From Gemmataceae bacterium (GTDB lineage: Bacteria; Planctomycetota; Planctomycetia; Gemmatales; Gemmataceae): 64,000 bases of DNA. This document shows positions 60,468 through 64,000 of the stretch, piece by piece. Location of the stretch: NCBI GenBank assembly GCA_046297495.1, contig JBKBIP010000001.1:201153-265152 (forward strand), given 5' to 3'. The notes below the pieces were generated by a model. That model was given only the letters and a program-made list of their open reading frames with translations, was not told where the DNA came from and searched no databases. Both the position numbers and the translations under genes were made by a program. Position 1 is the first letter of the stretch. The number at the start of each line of letters is the position of its first letter.

Positions 60468-61522
60468 GGTGAGTAAAGTGAGTCGGTTCCTTTTGGGGAT
60501 GGTTCCAAGGTGACGGTCGCGGGAGCAAATCCCAGAATCACGGGGCGGGACGCTTCCGCGGTGGGCAATAAAATAACGCCGATGCCGGGATGAGCGGCGA
60601 CATACGCCCGCGCCGCTTCCAGACCCAAGATGAAAAACGCCGTGGCCAAAGCGTCGGCCTCGGCGGCGGTCGGGGCGACGACGCTGACACTAGCCAGCCC
60701 CTCAGCGGGCCAGCCGGTGCGCGGGTCGAGAATATGCCCTAACTTCCGGCCATTATATTCCAAATGCTGGAAGGTGGCCGCCGAGGTCGCCAAACCGGCG
60801 TCGCGCAACCAGATCGAGGCGAGGCGCCGCTCCGGCTGCCAGGGATGGCGAATCCCAACCAACCAGCCACGTTCCCCCCCCGGTTCATTTCCTATAGCGT
60901 ACACGCTGCTATGGCCGCCGTGCAACAGGGCGGACGATAAATTCCACTTCGTCCGCAAGGTTTCCGCCACCCGATCCAGCGCGTAGCCCTTGCCGATACT
61001 GCCGAGGTTGATTTCCAAACCGGGGCGTCGAAACGACACGCTCCGGCGCGCGGCATCTAATTCGACATGGTTCATGCCGACTCGTTGCCGCACGTCGGCC
61101 CGTTCTTCTTCCGTGGGAACACGTCCTTGGCGGCGGAAAAAGCCCCAACACTTGACCAATGCCCCGGTGGTGATGTCGAACGCGCCGCTGGTTTGTGTCT
61201 GCAACCGTTGTGACAGGGCCAGTAAACCGAACAAGCGCTCCTCGACGACGACCGGATGGCGGGCCGCCAGGCGATTGAGACGGCTGATTTCGCTGTGTTC
61301 GTTGTACACCGTCAGCTGCGCTTCGAGGCGGTCGATCAAATCCAGAGCATCGTGGGCCATCTCGGCGGCGTGCGGCGTGCCGAAGGGGAAGGCGATCTCG
61401 AACTGCGTGGCCATTGCTTGCCGGCGGAAGCGCACCAGGGCGAAGTCGGCACGCGAGGGGGGCGCGGGTTCACCACTCGCCAATTGGCGCAGATCCAGGA
61501 AATCCCGGCGATTCATCGGCAC
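60464..61522 (-). CDS. apbE: FAD:protein FMN transferase (ApbE family) with a Tat/lipoprotein-like N-terminus
   Basis: MPMNRRDFL N-terminus. The GSIGKGYALD motif and the overall ApbE fold are present. A GAGGTG RBS is present. The start lies 1 nt after the HdeD-like gene stop. Confidence 0.8.
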   Translation of the reverse strand: MPMNRRDFLDLRQLASGEPAPPSRADFALVRFRRQAMATQFEIAFPFGTPHAAEMAHDALDLIDRLEAQLTVYNEHSEISRLNRLAARHPVVVEERLFGLLALSQRLQTQTSGAFDITTGALVKCWGFFRRQGRVPTEEERADVRQRVGMNHVELDAARRSVSFRRPGLEINLGSIGKGYALDRVAETLRTKWNLSSALLHGGHSSVYAIGNEPGGERGWLVGIRHPWQPERRLASIWLRDAGLATSAATFQHLEYNGRKLGHILDPRTGWPAEGLASVSVVAPTAAEADALATAFFILGLEAARAYVAAHPGIGVILLPTAEASRPVILGFAPATVTLEPSPKGTDSLYSP

Positions 61523-61523
61523 C

Positions 61524-62105
61524 TCACAGGGGCGGGGTTGATTCCTGGTGCCAGCGGCGCAGGCGAAACGCCAACGATAACATCAACGAACCAAACACGA
61601 TGGAAAAAATCGCCACCGAGAAGGCGATGAACAGGGCAATTACGATTCCACCGATCATGGGGAAAACCATCACGAGCAAGCCGAACAGCACGGACAAGAC
61701 ACCGCTGAGGAACAGCCAAAATTCTCCCTGAATTTCCTGGCGCAGCTGAAAGGCGGCGACGATTTCAAAAATCCCCGTGACAATCGACCAGGCAGCGATC
61801 AGCAAGATGATAGCTAGCTCCGCCGCCGGCAGCCAGAAAAAGATGATCAAGCCGATGAGGATGCCGCAGACGCCTTCCAGCACCACTGCCCACCAACGCG
61901 GCCCCGGCACCTGTCCCAGCGTCACCGCCGCCAGCGCGAAGACGCCATTCACCAAGGCGAACGCGCCGTAGACAATCACTAACACCGAGAATAGCGCCGT
62001 CGGATTCAGGAAACCGAGAATGCCAAAGGTGATGCCGAAGATCAGCACCAACGCCCCACGCAGGGCCAACATCCACCAATTTTTCGCTACCGTCCGAATG
62101 GACAT
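61524..62105 (-). CDS. HdeD-family (DUF308) acid-resistance membrane protein
   Basis: Six TM helices with the HdeD pattern (WMLALRGALVLIFGITFGILGFLNP...). An AGGGAA RBS is present. Confidence 0.7.
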   Translation of the reverse strand: MSIRTVAKNWWMLALRGALVLIFGITFGILGFLNPTALFSVLVIVYGAFALVNGVFALAAVTLGQVPGPRWWAVVLEGVCGILIGLIIFFWLPAAELAIILLIAAWSIVTGIFEIVAAFQLRQEIQGEFWLFLSGVLSVLFGLLVMVFPMIGGIVIALFIAFSVAIFSIVFGSLMLSLAFRLRRWHQESTPPL

Positions 62106-62127
62106 AAGTATGTTCCCCTATTGGTGA

Positions 62128-62172
62128 GATTCATCGTTTCGCGTCCCCTCAACGTGCGCGAAACGATGAATC
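62128..62172. promoter_or_regulatory. Perfect 16-bp inverted repeat (candidate operator or hairpin) in the divergent promoter region
   Basis: gattcatcgtttcgcg - 13 nt - cgcgaaacgatgaatc. It lies between the HdeD-like operon (-) and the LutC-like gene (+). Confidence 0.6.
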
Positions 62173-62238
62173 ACCTATTTCATGAAGCATGAATGCTTTT
62201 GTAGCAGGCGACGGGTCTTCTCGCTACATTGAAAACCA

Positions 62239-62961
62239 GTGAAGTCTTTCCTCGAAAACGGTATTCCTCCCATGCCAACCTCTGAAGAATCTTTCTTGCA
62301 ACGTGTTCGTCAAGCCGTCGTCGAAGGGAATCGAGCGGGACATGTCGTGGACAAGCCCCAGCGCGGCACGGTGGGGTATCAGGGGGCCGGCGCCGATCCG
62401 ATGGCCCGGTTGCGCGATCAGTTCACGGCGGCGGGGGGGCATTTTCATGCGGTGGCGGATCGACAGGCCGCCGTGGCCGCCGTGTGTGTGATTCTCCAAC
62501 AACATCCGATTCGCAAGGTCTTATTGGGGCACGGGAAGTTGCTCGACGCGCTGCCGCTGGCGCCAGCCTTACAGGCGGCGGGATGGGAAGTGATCACGCT
62601 CTCAGAACTGCAAGCCCAACAGGGCCGGGAGGAATTGTTCGCCGCCGACGCGGGGATTACCGGCGTCGATCACGTCATTGCCGAGACGGGGACGCTGGCC
62701 GTCGCTTGTCGTCCCGATGATCCGCGTTCGTTGAGCCTGTTGCCGCCGTTGCACATCGCCGTCGTGGAACGCTCGCAATTGGTGCCGGATTTGTTTGATC
62801 TGTTTGAGGCCATCGCGCCGGCAACCCGGCCCATGCCGTCGTGCTTGACGCTGATCACCGGCCCCAGCAAGACCGGCGACATCGAGCTGCGTCTGGTCAC
62901 GGGTGTTCACGGTCCTGGAGAGGTGCATTTGGTGTTGGTGGATGGCGAGCGGGAGACGTAA
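62239..62961 (+). CDS. LUD-domain protein (LutC/YkgG lactate-utilization family)
   Basis: The LUD domain runs through the protein (…VIAETGTLAV…LHIAVVERSQLV…TGPSKTGDIE). The start is ambiguous: GTG at 62239 or ATG at 62272. It stands alone, with no lutA or lutB in the window. Confidence 0.6.
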   Translation: MKSFLENGIPPMPTSEESFLQRVRQAVVEGNRAGHVVDKPQRGTVGYQGAGADPMARLRDQFTAAGGHFHAVADRQAAVAAVCVILQQHPIRKVLLGHGKLLDALPLAPALQAAGWEVITLSELQAQQGREELFAADAGITGVDHVIAETGTLAVACRPDDPRSLSLLPPLHIAVVERSQLVPDLFDLFEAIAPATRPMPSCLTLITGPSKTGDIELRLVTGVHGPGEVHLVLVDGERET

Positions 62962-63015
62962 GTCTCGATGGTTTGAGTACCAGGGGACTTACGGCCCCCG
63001 CTCGCCGGGATGAAG

Positions 63016-63924
63016 TTACTCCCTGTCCCCACTTGCCTTGATCACTTCCACTTTGACCACGCGAGGCCGTTCCTCGAAGAACCATTCGATGCGCACCCGG
63101 CTGCCGACCTTCAATTCTCGAATGACTTTCAACATGGTCTTATCTGGCCCGCCACCGTCCTTGGGCAAGCCGCCGACCCAGCGCGGCACGTAGCGGCGTC
63201 CTTCCGCCTCGCCGTCCGCCTTCACTTCAATGAAATTCTCTCCTTTATTGGTGATGACGCCGACCACGGTGCCGGTCTTCTTGGCTGGCTCGGCTTGCTT
63301 CTCGTCGGCGAAGGCCCGTTCCTCGCCGCCGGTCAACGTCACGACTCCCCAGGAACCGGCCACCACGACCGTTCCCACCAACACGCGCACGATCATGTGT
63401 TTTGGCAACATCTCGTCATCTCCTCGCTCTTCGATGAAACGGACGGAAAACTCCGTGCCCACGACCGAGACCGTCCCGATCGGCGTTCGGACCACGAAGG
63501 AACCTTGACCCCTGGCAACCGAGCAGTGGATCGCTCCTTGTCGCAACAAGATTTCTTCGGCCCGCCGCGCGCCGCCGATACTCAACATGGTCCGCGGTTC
63601 CAGCTGAATGCGACTGTAGCCTCCCAGGGTTAATTCAGCGGGTTGCGGGCCAGTGCGCAACACGGCGCCGCGTCGCAGCGCGTCCCCCTCGACGATTTCG
63701 ATTGGCCCACTGACGGTCAGCGGGACGTCGGCATACCACGCCCGCCAACCGCCAAAGATTCCCACCGCCATCAGCACCGACGCCGCCAGGGCCGCGACCG
63801 CCCAGCGCCAGCGTTGTCGAGGCCGGGTGCGGCGCGGAATGACGGCGCTGAGGTCGGGCGGCGTTTCGCCTCCCAGCTCCTCACGGAGCAACACGTCCAG
63901 CAAGCGATCGCGCCATTCGTTCAT
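63016..63924 (-). CDS. Anti-sigma factor, FecR-like (single TM, periplasmic FecR domain)
   Basis: N-terminal anti-sigma helix MNEWRDRLLDVLL. TM segment WAVAALAASVLMAVGIFGGW. A FecR-like beta domain follows (IGTVSVVGTEFSVRF). The ORF-track start at 63966 is a TTG. An ECF sigma factor is expected just upstream, beyond the window. Confidence 0.6.
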   Translation of the reverse strand: MNEWRDRLLDVLLREELGGETPPDLSAVIPRRTRPRQRWRWAVAALAASVLMAVGIFGGWRAWYADVPLTVSGPIEIVEGDALRRGAVLRTGPQPAELTLGGYSRIQLEPRTMLSIGGARRAEEILLRQGAIHCSVARGQGSFVVRTPIGTVSVVGTEFSVRFIEERGDDEMLPKHMIVRVLVGTVVVAGSWGVVTLTGGEERAFADEKQAEPAKKTGTVVGVITNKGENFIEVKADGEAEGRRYVPRWVGGLPKDGGGPDKTMLKVIRELKVGSRVRIEWFFEERPRVVKVEVIKASGDRE

Positions 63925-64000
63925 GGGGAGGAGGCCGTTTCGGTGCGAAGGTGCCGTTGGATACAATCTGCCAGCATGGCCCGGACACGCTGCAACGCCG

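Overview
This is a high-GC chromosomal window of about 40 genes. The gene content points to Planctomycetota / the PVC superphylum: three PVC-type 'membrane-bound dehydrogenase domain / HEAT / CxxCH cytochrome c' proteins, a DUF1501 protein, a Tat-exported Gfo/Idh/MocA oxidoreductase, a WD40 protein, a WD40-fused Ser/Thr kinase and a giant PATR-repeat surface protein.

Main contents, in order:
- A 5'-truncated giant protein of more than 3,500 aa. It carries autotransporter-associated (PATR) beta-strand repeats, near-identical internal tandem DNA repeats and a C-terminal FG-GAP propeller.
- A neutral-ceramidase-like hydrolase, a Tat-signal glucarate-dehydratase-like enolase, and PVC HEAT/cytochrome proteins.
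- An NfeD–flotillin operon, waaA, and a long secA.
- An amidohydrolase, a MoaD/ThiS-like GG protein, glutamate decarboxylase, and a BON-domain protein.
- An array of five tRNAs (Phe, Gln, Asp, an odd GCG-anticodon tRNA, Cys) embedded in AT-rich spacers with repeats.
- An M48 peptidase, an STK-WD40 kinase, and a KDG/uronate-type cluster (beta-helix protein, LysR, PfkB/KdgK kinase, SDR, GarR-like reductase).
- A lipase, a HicB–HicA toxin–antitoxin pair, and a DUF1501 protein.
- A P-loop GTPase with an internal A10 tract, divergent from two tandem flotillin-like SPFH paralogs.
- A tight HdeD-like – ApbE – split DoxX – Tat-Gfo/Idh/MocA operon, then a LutC-like protein and a FecR-like anti-sigma factor.

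No CRISPR array, integrase or transposase was seen.

The candidates most worth a second look as undescribed systems are:
- the GTPase plus tandem-flotillin divergon;
- the HdeD–ApbE–splitDoxX–MocA periplasmic redox operon;
- the MoaD-like GG protein coupled to an amidohydrolase beside gad;
- the odd tRNA array;
- a 147-bp AT-rich element flanked by inverted repeats.
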